Source: Pasteurella multocida (GTDB lineage: Bacteria > Pseudomonadota > Gammaproteobacteria > Enterobacterales > Pasteurellaceae). From it: a DNA stretch of 32,000 nt. The notes beneath the pieces are model-generated. The model saw only the letters and a program-made list of their open reading frames with translations, was not told where the DNA came from and ran no database searches. Shown piece by piece: positions 1 to 9,051 of this stretch (the stretch's first letter is position 1; each line of letters opens with the position of its first letter). A program made the translations under genes and the position numbers. The stretch spans positions 780,001 to 812,000 of the forward strand of contig NZ_LT906458.1 of assembly GCF_900187275.1 (NCBI RefSeq), read 5' to 3'.

Positions 1-3000
1 CGCAAATAACTGGCTACCATTGATTGCATCGGTACTCGCTTCTGTCACTAAACCTGCTGCCACATTTTGTACACGACGCTCTTTACCAACGGCACCAACA
101 GTGACCACACCAACTGGCTGCGAACCAGCAAAGGTATAACCTGATTTATTTAACCCATTTGCCATATCAGCATAAGCATTCATACTAGAAGTCGAATTAC
201 CCGTTGTATAAGCAGAATCGGCACCTAAATACACAGAATTTTCTAATGTTGCAGTGACATTATTACCTAAAACAAAATAATTTTTCCCTTTTGTATTTAA
301 GGTGTTATTCGCTCCAATAACCGATGAGTCAGTTAATGTAAATTCTTCTGTTGAATCAGGATCTGGTAATTGAGCTACTTTATTGTTATGTCCGTAAACA
401 AACAAACCACTTAAATCTTTCGCTAGCTTTTTATCACTGCTGATTTTGTTGTCATAACCTGTCACATAAATGTCTTTTAGATCATTGGCTGGTGCAGCGG
501 GTGGTGTACCAGGTACATGAGCCTTCTCTTCAATTGCACCAATAGTGTTCTTGTTACCGACAATACGCGCATTTTCCTTAGCTTTGATTTCATTACTATT
601 ACCGAAAATACCACTTGCATTAGCAGTTAATGTACTGTTGGTATTACCTAAAGAATATGTTCCCTCGCCACTAATTACTGTAGTTTCTTTGTTACCTAAT
701 GCACCAGCGTAACCGATACTACCTGAATTTGCACCAGTGACATTCTGGTGAGTACCAAACGCAATTGAGTTTTCACCAGTGGCATTTGCCTTAGTACCAA
801 TCGCATTAGAAGATACCGCGCCTGAGAAAGCTTCACTACCAAACGCATTACCCGTTAACGAGTTAGCAACCGCACGATCACCAATCGCATTGGCTTTTTC
901 TGCGGAAGAAACTGCTCTATAACCAATCGCGATCGCACGATCTACATTGCCATTTTGAATATCTTTATTCGATGTTGCAGCTAAACTACCAATCGCAAGT
1001 GAATTATTTCCTTCTGAGTTTGCTCCCGCACCAATTGCTAAACCATATTGATAAGGTTGATTTGAAATTGCTGCATTAGTTGCACTACTTTGTGCTTTGC
1101 CATCATCTAACTCTGGACTACCTACATATAAAGTACCAATAGCAATAGAACCTACACCATGCGCACTCGCTTGATTACCTATAGCGACACTACGCTCTTT
1201 TCTTGCAATAACACTCTGTCCAATTGCCATAGATAATTTACCAACAGCTCCATCATTATCATAATTAGATGGACGATCTGTAAGGTCCTTATCATTAACG
1301 CTGAAGTAATGCGTTTTTTCTGTATTAATTGTATCTCTTAATTGATTCAAATTAACTGCATCAGTACCATTGATCGCTGGCGCTACATTAGAAAGACGCG
1401 TATTCTCTTTTAAAGTAATTTTGTGATTTGCACCACTATTTGGATCTGGTGAAACTAAGTCATATTTAACATCTGAAGTAGCAGAACTATGCGCTAAATT
1501 ATTAAATTGCGCTTGTAATTTCGTCGTGACATCTTCAGAAACACGCTTCAGTTGCGCAACGGTTACTGCATCTTGCTCATCTGCACCATCCGCAACATTA
1601 GTTAGGCGACGTAAAATATGTTGATTTGCATTTCCTTCTTGACTACCAACAGACACGACTAAAGAAGAATTTTTACCCGTTAAATAACCTGATTTATTAC
1701 TTGCTTTAGCAAGAGAGTTTGCCCCTAGTGCCACATTATTTGCATCTGATTTTGCGTTAGCACCAATTGCAACAGCTTGTTCACCTTCAGCATCTGCACT
1801 AAAACCAACCGCTGTAGATTTTAATCCTGTTGCTTTTGTATCATAACCTAATGCAGTTGCATCTGATGCACTTAACGATTGTGCTCCAACTGCTGTACCA
1901 CGCTGAATTGGTGTGGCCGTTTTATAGTTATTTGAGGCATTACCAATCGAAACATTATCTCCAACAGTTTCTTTCGAGTTAGCTAAATTCGTCCCTGCAT
2001 AAATACCCAATGCAATATTAGCTTTACCAACCACACCTTTACCAGCTTCAGTACCAATACCGATATTATATTGTCCGATGACGTTCTCACCAGCATTCTC
2101 ACCAATATTGATATGAGAATGTTTTGTTCCTTCTTTATCAGATTCTTGACCTTTACCTGCGTTTAAACCAATCGAAATGGTTTTATTTGGCATTGCTTTT
2201 GCTAATTCACCGATTGCAATACTCTGTGAGCTTAAGGCTTCACTATCTTTACCAATGGCTACTGTTGATGCTGTATGTGATTTCGCATTTAAACCTAAAG
2301 CAACTGAAGCCACGCCTTTTGCTTGAGCTGTTTTACCAAGTGCTACTGCACTCTCTGCAAAGGTTTCCGCCGCATCACCAATAGCAACTGATGAATCAGA
2401 ATCTTTATTCACTCGTGAAGTATTACCCAAAGCAATAGAATTATCACTTGCAATTGCTTGAGCAGAGGTTCCTAATGCAATATTATTTTTAGAAATGATC
2501 TTTTTGACATCTTTATTTGAGGTGATCGCATTTTTACCAATCGCAATACTTGCTTCACCTCGGCTAACCGCTTTATCACCAATCGCGACAGAACTTTCTC
2601 CATCTTTAGGTCCTAGAACATAAGAAGATGCGCCATCATAAACCACATCACCATCTTGTTTAGAACCTACACGAGCATGTTCACCAATCGCGATACCTTT
2701 ATTTGCGGTTTTTACTGCATAAGCTTTTTTACCAATTGCAATAGATTCTGTTGCATTGGCTGTACTGTCATGACCTAAAGCAACTGAATCAGTGGCTGTT
2801 TTGCCTGTTTTCGCTTTTGGACCGATAGCTAAAGAATCTTTTCCTTCTGCAGCCGCATCTTCAAGCTCTGACTTCGCACGGAAATATTTAATCCCTGTAT
2901 ACGTTGTTGTGCCTTCTGGTACACCTAAAGATGTAACAAGGTTGCTGAGTTTAGTTAACTCGGATTTATCTGCTTTAGTGTTTTTTAATGTATTAACTTC

Positions 3001-3558
3001 TGTAGTTAATCCATCAACTACTGATTTATCTGCTTTACTAGTTTTTAATGTATTAATTTCTGATTTATCTGCTTTATTGGTTTTTAGTGTATTAACTTCT
3101 GTACTTAGTCCATCGACTACTGATTTATCTGCCTTATCTGTCTTTAATTCATTAACATCCGTTTGGTTTGCTTTTTGATTCACTGTTTCCGTTAATGTAG
3201 TCACTTTTTCATCTGTTGCAACCGTTTTACCACCAACAGTTAAAGTTGTAGTAGCAATACTCTTGAATGTAGCTGTATCGAAAGTGGCTGCACCTTTAAA
3301 ATTAGAGGTCTGATTTACCGTTAAATTATCTGCAATCACATCTTCCGCAAATACCTGAGCTGGAGAAAGTGTAAGAATAGAAAGTAATGCAATCGCACTT
3401 AATTTGAATGTTGCAGGGATACTGCTATTCAATTCTGATTGTGGATTAGAAGAAATAGCGCTAAAAGACTTTACTTTACCTTTCGAGGTTGCAAGCTCTG
3501 AGACTGCAATAAAAGTATTAGTGACGTGGCTCCATATAACACGGTAAACTTTATTCAT
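1..3558 (-). CDS. YadA-like trimeric autotransporter adhesin, C-terminal part truncated by the window edge
   Basis: Reading the minus frame with ATG at 3558 gives 1186 codons with no stop to position 1 (checked line by line). N-terminus MNKVYRVIWSHVTNTFIAVSELATSKGK... matches the ESPR extended signal peptide, followed by a hydrophobic segment ending ...LSPAQVFA. Many SxAIG/SVALG head repeats are present. Neck/stalk motifs include NVADGADEQDAVTVAQLK, NVAPAINGTDAVNLNQLRD and NVAAGLVTEASTDAINGSQLFA. Confidence 0.95.
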   Translation of the reverse strand, partial: MNKVYRVIWSHVTNTFIAVSELATSKGKVKSFSAISSNPQSELNSSIPATFKLSAIALLSILTLSPAQVFAEDVIADNLTVNQTSNFKGAATFDTATFKSIATTTLTVGGKTVATDEKVTTLTETVNQKANQTDVNELKTDKADKSVVDGLSTEVNTLKTNKADKSEINTLKTSKADKSVVDGLTTEVNTLKNTKADKSELTKLSNLVTSLGVPEGTTTYTGIKYFRAKSELEDAAAEGKDSLAIGPKAKTGKTATDSVALGHDSTANATESIAIGKKAYAVKTANKGIAIGEHARVGSKQDGDVVYDGASSYVLGPKDGESSVAIGDKAVSRGEASIAIGKNAITSNKDVKKIISKNNIALGTSAQAIASDNSIALGNTSRVNKDSDSSVAIGDAAETFAESAVALGKTAQAKGVASVALGLNAKSHTASTVAIGKDSEALSSQSIAIGELAKAMPNKTISIGLNAGKGQESDKEGTKHSHINIGENAGENVIGQYNIGIGTEAGKGVVGKANIALGIYAGTNLANSKETVGDNVSIGNASNNYKTATPIQRGTAVGAQSLSASDATALGYDTKATGLKSTAVGFSADAEGEQAVAIGANAKSDANNVALGANSLAKASNKSGYLTGKNSSLVVSVGSQEGNANQHILRRLTNVADGADEQDAVTVAQLKRVSEDVTTKLQAQFNNLAHSSATSDVKYDLVSPDPNSGANHKITLKENTRLSNVAPAINGTDAVNLNQLRDTINTEKTHYFSVNDKDLTDRPSNYDNDGAVGKLSMAIGQSVIARKERSVAIGNQASAHGVGSIAIGTLYVGSPELDDGKAQSSATNAAISNQPYQYGLAIGAGANSEGNNSLAIGSLAATSNKDIQNGNVDRAIAIGYRAVSSAEKANAIGDRAVANSLTGNAFGSEAFSGAVSSNAIGTKANATGENSIAFGTHQNVTGANSGSIGYAGALGNKETTVISGEGTYSLGNTNSTLTANASGIFGNSNEIKAKENARIVGNKNTIGAIEEKAHVPGTPPAAPANDLKDIYVTGYDNKISSDKKLAKDLSGLFVYGHNNKVAQLPDPDSTEEFTLTDSSVIGANNTLNTKGKNYFVLGNNVTATLENSVYLGADSAYTTGNSTSSMNAYADMANGLNKSGYTFAGSQPVGVVTVGAVGKERRVQNVAAGLVTEASTDAINGSQLFA
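2941..3174 (-). repeat. Imperfect coding repeat: KADKS-type coiled-coil segments in alternating 13-aa and 20-aa units
   Basis: Translation: KANQTDVNELKTD / KADKSVVDGLSTEVNTLKTN / KADKSEINTLKTS / KADKSVVDGLTTEVNTLKNT / KADKSELTKL. Confidence 0.85.
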
Positions 3559-3917
3559 AAAATTGCCCCTTGCATAATATAAAATGAATAACTGATTCGA
3601 TTTAGTTTAAGTTAAATAAAAGAAAACGAACGCATTAAAAACTGTACATTAATTAAATACATAATCTGTCCATTTACTAACAGTCTGATATTTGAGCATT
3701 AATTTTCAGATAAGTAAATTGAGTGGATATTGTACAAAGAAGGGAATTTTAATAATTAATTGATTTATAAAGAAAAAACAAAATGTAAAACTAAGTAATA
3801 CTTCTTGAAATATCTTTACATAAAAACATACTGGTTTAATCAGTTTTGTTTTTATATTATATTTCAATTAGTTACGTTACTTTACAAAGACTAAGGTTAT
3901 TTATTGTGGATGTAAAA

Positions 3918-3943
3918 AAGCCTTATTGTCAACAATAAGGCTT
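3918..3943 (-). terminator. Rho-independent terminator downstream of greA, potentially bidirectional
   Basis: 11-bp perfect stem AAGCCTTATTG-TCAA-CAATAAGGCTT, with A-run on the left (T-run on minus strand) and a T-rich stretch on the right. Confidence 0.85.
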
Positions 3944-3965
3944 TTATTTTTTTATCATTTTTTAC

Positions 3966-4442
3966 TTATTTATATTCGACGTCGAGAATTTCAAATTCCA
4001 CTTTGCCGCCTGGCGTTTGAATAACAACAACGTCATCCACCTCTTTGCCAATTAACCCTCGCGCAATCGGTGAGTTAACTGAAATTAGCCCTGCTTTAAT
4101 ATTGGCTTCATCATCGCCTACAATTTGGTACGAGACTTCTTCTTCCGTGTCAATATTCAGTAACAAAATTGTGGCACCAAAAATCACTTTGCCATTATTT
4201 GGGATCTTTGTGACATCAATAATTTGACTATTCGCTAATTTCCCTTCAATTTCTTGGATTCGTCCTTCACAAAATCCTTGCTGTTCACGCGCAGCATGGT
4301 ATTCTGCATTTTCTTTTAGATCGCCATGTTCACGAGCTTCTGCGATAGCATTAATAATTTCTGGGCGACGAGTGTTTTTCAAAAAATCGAGTTCTTGTCT
4401 TAATTGTTCCGCACCACGTATAGTCATTGGAATCTGTTTCAT
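3966..4442 (-). CDS. greA: Transcription elongation factor GreA
   Basis: [62 protein letters not shown]... is a near-canonical GreA. The track ORF extends to 4481, but the ATG at 4442 matches the family start. Confidence 0.98.
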   Translation of the reverse strand: MKQIPMTIRGAEQLRQELDFLKNTRRPEIINAIAEAREHGDLKENAEYHAAREQQGFCEGRIQEIEGKLANSQIIDVTKIPNNGKVIFGATILLLNIDTEEEVSYQIVGDDEANIKAGLISVNSPIARGLIGKEVDDVVVIQTPGGKVEFEILDVEYK

Positions 4443-4608
4443 AATCGTTTTTTCTTCCTTTTTAGATAAAAACAAAACCACAACATTGTAAAAACAATGC
4501 CGTAGTTGAATAAAAAAATAAGTGTTTAACGAGAAAAGGATTTACTCTCGAGGGTTCAAATACTATTATTGTTCGACAATAAAAAAATAGCAACTGCTCG
4601 AGCCAATT

Positions 4609-6072
4609 ATGTATAAAATATCTTCTTTTTTTACTGCCACGCTTTTACGCCTTTTCAAACGAACGATACTTATATGTAGTTTACTCGTCAGTCATTTCAG
4701 TTATGCTGAGATTGATCTTGCTGAAATCAACGCTCATTTACCCGAAGGGACCAGCCTAGGTTTTGTGGCTAAAAACTTAAATCGTAATGAAAAAATTGTA
4801 GCGCACCAAGCCAGTACCTTTATGTTACCCGCCAGTACACAAAAAGTGCTCACCGCCTTAACCGCCAAACTCGTACTAAGTGACCAATTTCAATTTGAAA
4901 CCAGTCTATTAACCAATGGAAAAATAAAAAACAATGAAATGCATGGCGATCTTATCGTACGTTTTACAGGTGACCCCGATCTCACCAGTGGTCAACTTTA
5001 TCAACTTTTCGCCCAATTAAAGAAACAGCGTATCCAAAAAATCAGTGGTGATATTATTTTAGATACCTCAGTATTTAGCAGTCATGATCGTGGTTTAGGC
5101 TGGATCTGGAATGACTTAACCATGTGTTTCAATGCACCACCTGCTGCAGTGAACATTGATAATAACTGTTTTTATGTTGAGTTAGATGCGAATTATGCAC
5201 CGGGTGAGCAAGCGAAGATCCATGTTCCTGCGCAATATCCTGTACAGGTTTTTGGTCAAGTCTATATTTCAACGCCTAAAGAGGCTGGGTATTGCCAACT
5301 TGATGCCACCGTACTTGATAATAATCGTTACCAGTTAAAAGGATGCTTAGCACGCCAAAACAAACCCTTTGGTCTCAGTTTTGCGATCCAAGATCCGAAT
5401 GCCTATGCTGCAACTATTATTCAGCGACACCTTAAAAAACTAGGCATTGCTTTTAATGGTAAAATCAAACAGCCTTATCAGACGCAAAAAGGACAATTAT
5501 TAGCACAGCATCTCTCTAAGCCCTTACCTGATTTAATCAAAAAAATGATGAAAAAATCAGATAATCAAATTGCCGATGCCTTATTCCGTACTATCGCTTA
5601 TCAATATTATCAGCGCCCCGCTTCATTTCCTTTGGCTAGCCAAGCTATGCGACAAATTTTACAAACCAAAGCAGGAATTAAATTTGGTCATGCCATTATT
5701 GCAGATGGCTCCGGCTTATCACGTCATAATTTACTCTCTGCTGACATTTTATTACAAGCATTGGAATACATTGCAAAACATGAAACACAGTTACAGCTCA
5801 TGGATACCTTTCCAATTGCGGCTGTGGATGGCACATTAACCGGGCGAGGTTCTCTCATTCATGAGCCCTTAGCGAAAAATTTAATTGCCAAAACAGGCGC
5901 CCTCAAAGGGGTATATAATCTCGCCGGCTTTATGACCAATAAAAAAGGGGAAAAAGTTGCTTTTGTGCAATTTATTAATGGCTATTCTACTGGCGACTTT
6001 GAGCGTAAAACAAAACGGGCGCCTTTAGTTCAATTTGAAAGCCAAATCTACAATCGCCTTTATGAGCACTAA
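4609..6072 (+). CDS. dacB: D-alanyl-D-alanine carboxypeptidase/endopeptidase (PBP4)
   Basis: 487 aa with signal peptide; SxxK motif STQK, SDN motif (KKSDNQIAD) and KTG motif (IAKTGALKG). Located next to greA as in related genomes. Confidence 0.95.
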   Translation: MYKISSFFTATLLRLFKRTILICSLLVSHFSYAEIDLAEINAHLPEGTSLGFVAKNLNRNEKIVAHQASTFMLPASTQKVLTALTAKLVLSDQFQFETSLLTNGKIKNNEMHGDLIVRFTGDPDLTSGQLYQLFAQLKKQRIQKISGDIILDTSVFSSHDRGLGWIWNDLTMCFNAPPAAVNIDNNCFYVELDANYAPGEQAKIHVPAQYPVQVFGQVYISTPKEAGYCQLDATVLDNNRYQLKGCLARQNKPFGLSFAIQDPNAYAATIIQRHLKKLGIAFNGKIKQPYQTQKGQLLAQHLSKPLPDLIKKMMKKSDNQIADALFRTIAYQYYQRPASFPLASQAMRQILQTKAGIKFGHAIIADGSGLSRHNLLSADILLQALEYIAKHETQLQLMDTFPIAAVDGTLTGRGSLIHEPLAKNLIAKTGALKGVYNLAGFMTNKKGEKVAFVQFINGYSTGDFERKTKRAPLVQFESQIYNRLYEH

Positions 6073-6228
6073 ATTAAGGCTAAACCATACTGAGGTACTA
6101 CGCCAACTCACAGCCTGTGTGTGAATCGAAAAGAGAACACATCGTCTGCGCGCCTTTCTCCTCGTTGTGTATAGTAAGGCGAAGGGGTCTGCGTTTGTGC
6201 TGAGCCCGATAAAAAATGACAAAATTTG

Positions 6229-6237
6229 ACCGCACTT
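6229..6237 (-). repeat. DNA uptake signal sequence (Hin-type USS)
   Basis: ACCGCACTT; other exact copies at 10871, 12060, 12084, 14122, 15796, 21521, 27456, 30554 and 31717. Confidence 0.85.
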
Positions 6238-6393
6238 TCTGTATGCACTGAAGGCATACATGTAAAATTTGATCTACTGCACAAATTTTAATAATTCAAT
6301 TTCTGACCTTCGCAAAATTTTACTTATTTATAAATAAGTTATTTTATGTCAACAACGCCAGTAAAAAATTTACTACTTGAATTTTATCTACTG

Positions 6394-6440
6394 GCACATT
6401 ATCTTGTATCAAATTTTCAATTCTACACAATATCTTGTGT
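6394..6440 (+). promoter_or_regulatory. Tandem NrdR-box-like sites upstream of nrdA
   Basis: ACACAATATCTTGTGT (6425-6440) and GCACATTATCTTGTAT (6394-6409), start-to-start spacing 31 bp, immediately upstream of nrdA. Confidence 0.8.
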
Positions 6441-6468
6441 TTTCATCATCTAACAACGGGTCTATAAC

Positions 6469-8739
6469 ATGAACAAAGCATTGATGGTCACAAAACGTGA
6501 CGGACACCTTGAACCAATTGATCTGGATAAAATTCACCGCGTGATTACATGGGCGGCAGAGGGCTTAGATAACGTTTCTGTTTCTCAAGTGGAATTACGT
6601 TCACATATTCAATTCTATGAAGGTATTCGTACATCTGATATCCATGAAACCATCATTAAAGCTGCTGCAGACTTGATCAGTAAAGATAGCCCAGATTATC
6701 AATATCTTGCTGCCCGTTTAGCCGTTTTCCATTTGCGTAAAAAAGCCTATGGTCATTTTGATCCACCCCGTTTATACGATCACGTAAAAAAATTAGTACG
6801 CATGGGAAAATACGATCCCGCCCTTTTAGTCGATTATACCCGTGAAGAATGGGATGAAATGGATTCTTATTTAGATCATTGGCGTGATATGACCTTTTCA
6901 TACGCGGCGGTGAAGCAGTTAGAAGGGAAATACTTAGTACAAAACCGTGTCACCGGTGAGATTTATGAATCCGCACAATTTCTTTATTTACTGGTAGCGG
7001 CGAGCTTATTTTCGAAATACCCCGCTGAAACCCGTTTAAGTTATATTCGTCGTTTCTATGATGCGACCTCAACTTTTAAAATCTCGCTCCCGACCCCTAT
7101 TATGGCAGGGGTACGTACACCAACCCGTCAATTTAGCTCTTGTGTTTTAATTGAATGTGGCGACAGCTTAGACTCAATTAATGCAACCGCCTCTGCTATT
7201 GTGAAATATGTTTCTCAACGCGCGGGGATTGGAGTCAATGCGGGTGCTATTCGTGCCTTAGGCAGTCCAATTCGGGGTGGCGAGGCCTTCCATACTGGTT
7301 GTATCCCGTTCTATAAATATTTCCAAACAGCCGTCAAATCTTGTTCACAAGGTGGGGTGCGTGGTGGTGCTGCCACGGTTTACTACCCGATTTGGCATTT
7401 AGAAGTTGAAAGTTTATTGGTATTAAAAAATAACCGAGGTGTTGAAGATAACCGCGTACGCCACATGGATTACGGGGTGCAACTGAATAAATTAATGTAT
7501 CAACGTTTAATTAAAGGTGGTGATATTACCTTATTTAGCCCGTCTGATGTACCGGGATTGTATGAAGCATTCTTTGCTGATCAAGATAAATTTGAACAAC
7601 TTTATTTGCAATATGAGCAAGATCCAACTATTCGTCAACGCAGCGTAAAAGCCGTTGAGCTGTTCTCATTATTAATGCAAGAACGCGCATCAACAGGACG
7701 AATCTATATTCAAAATGTGGACCACTGTAATACCCACTCCCCGTTTGATCCGAAAGTGGCGCCTGTCCGTCAATCTAACTTATGTTTAGAAATTGCGTTA
7801 CCGACCAAGCCATTACAACATTTCCATGATGAAAAAGGTGAAATTGCGTTATGTACCCTTTCTGCGTTCAATTTGGGTACCCTTGAAAATCTTGATGAAT
7901 TAGAAGGCTTAGCTGATTTAGCAGTACGTGCGTTAGATGCCCTATTAGATTACCAAGACTACCCGGTGATCGCGGCGAAGAAAAGTTCACTTGCGCGTCG
8001 CTCATTAGGCATTGGCGTAATCAACTATGCGTATTATTTAGCGAAGAATGGCGTGCGTTATTCCGACGGCAGTGCCAACGATTTAACCCACCGCACTTTT
8101 GAAGCGATCCAATACTACTTATTGAAAGCATCAATGAACTTAGCCAAAGAAATTGGTCCATGTGAATATTTCAATGAAACCACTTATTCACAAGGAATTT
8201 TACCAATCGATACCTATAAAAAAGACATTGATAACTTGACCAAAGAGCCACTGCACTACGATTGGGAGACCTTACGTAAAGAAATCCAAGAATTTGGTTT
8301 ACGTAACTCTACGTTAACGGCATTAATGCCTTCTGAAACCTCATCACAAATTTCGAATGCAACAAATGGTATTGAACCACCACGTGGCCATGTCAGTGTG
8401 AAAGCCTCAAAAGACGGTATCTTAAAACAAGTGGTGCCGGAATATGAAACCTTAGGTGAAAACTATGAGTTGTTATGGGATCTCCCAAATAATGATGGTT
8501 ATCTGCACTTAGTAGGGATTATGCAAAAATTCGTTGACCAAGCGATTTCGGCAAACACCAACTATGACCCACAGCGTTTTGAAGACGGCAAGGTGCCAAT
8601 GAAACGCCTACTGGGTGATTTATTAACTGCCTATAAATACGGCTTAAAAACCTTGTACTACCAAAATACCCGCGATGGTGCTGAAGATGTGCAAGAAGAC
8701 ATTGATGATGGCTGTTCAGGCGGTGCATGTAAAATCTAA
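6469..8739 (+). CDS. nrdA: Class Ia ribonucleoside-diphosphate reductase, alpha subunit
   Basis: 756 aa with ATP-cone start MNKALMVTKRDGHLEPIDLDKIHRVITWAAEGL, NLCLEI, and C-terminal CSGGACKI. Confidence 0.98.
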   Translation: MNKALMVTKRDGHLEPIDLDKIHRVITWAAEGLDNVSVSQVELRSHIQFYEGIRTSDIHETIIKAAADLISKDSPDYQYLAARLAVFHLRKKAYGHFDPPRLYDHVKKLVRMGKYDPALLVDYTREEWDEMDSYLDHWRDMTFSYAAVKQLEGKYLVQNRVTGEIYESAQFLYLLVAASLFSKYPAETRLSYIRRFYDATSTFKISLPTPIMAGVRTPTRQFSSCVLIECGDSLDSINATASAIVKYVSQRAGIGVNAGAIRALGSPIRGGEAFHTGCIPFYKYFQTAVKSCSQGGVRGGAATVYYPIWHLEVESLLVLKNNRGVEDNRVRHMDYGVQLNKLMYQRLIKGGDITLFSPSDVPGLYEAFFADQDKFEQLYLQYEQDPTIRQRSVKAVELFSLLMQERASTGRIYIQNVDHCNTHSPFDPKVAPVRQSNLCLEIALPTKPLQHFHDEKGEIALCTLSAFNLGTLENLDELEGLADLAVRALDALLDYQDYPVIAAKKSSLARRSLGIGVINYAYYLAKNGVRYSDGSANDLTHRTFEAIQYYLLKASMNLAKEIGPCEYFNETTYSQGILPIDTYKKDIDNLTKEPLHYDWETLRKEIQEFGLRNSTLTALMPSETSSQISNATNGIEPPRGHVSVKASKDGILKQVVPEYETLGENYELLWDLPNNDGYLHLVGIMQKFVDQAISANTNYDPQRFEDGKVPMKRLLGDLLTAYKYGLKTLYYQNTRDGAEDVQEDIDDGCSGGACKI

Positions 8740-8762
8740 TGTGAGTAATCACAACTAACGAG

Positions 8763-8794
8763 AATGCGTTTCATGGTAAAAAGTGAAGCGCATT
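8763..8794 (+). terminator. Possible nrdA terminator
   Basis: AATGCGTTTC...GAAGCGCATT stem (one G-U pair), followed by TTTCGTTTTC and a later T-run. Confidence 0.5.
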
Positions 8795-9051
8795 TTTCGT
8801 TTTCTGACTCTTTTTTTGGGGAGTATTTTGTACTAGCACCGATTTCAAAAATAACTTGTTAAAATTGTTAAAATCATTTTTCAGATATAAAAATCTAAAA
8901 ATAAGAATAGACTAAGTGTTTTGCACTATTAAATTCAACTTTAATCGCCAAAATAAAGTATATCGCCCTATTGACTGCTCTCTAAATTTCATTATATTTC
9001 TGAACTCTAACATTTTTTTAACCAAAACAAACAAAAACAAAGGTTGCTACT

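Noticed and set aside
2124-3178. Plus-strand ORFs 2124..2384 and 2792..3178
   Set aside because: Antisense to the repetitive adhesin coding sequence. The translations are low-complexity mirrors of the head and KADKS repeats.
1-3558. CRISPR-like or tandem-repeat array in the repeated segment
   Set aside because: The periodicity is protein-coding (SxAIG heads, KADKS stalk) and in frame. There are no conserved direct repeats with unique spacers.
6025-6261. 78-aa minus-strand ORF between dacB and nrdA
   Set aside because: Overlaps the dacB end, has no recognisable domain or signal, and lacks a clear Shine-Dalgarno. Kept only as an unexplained spacer.
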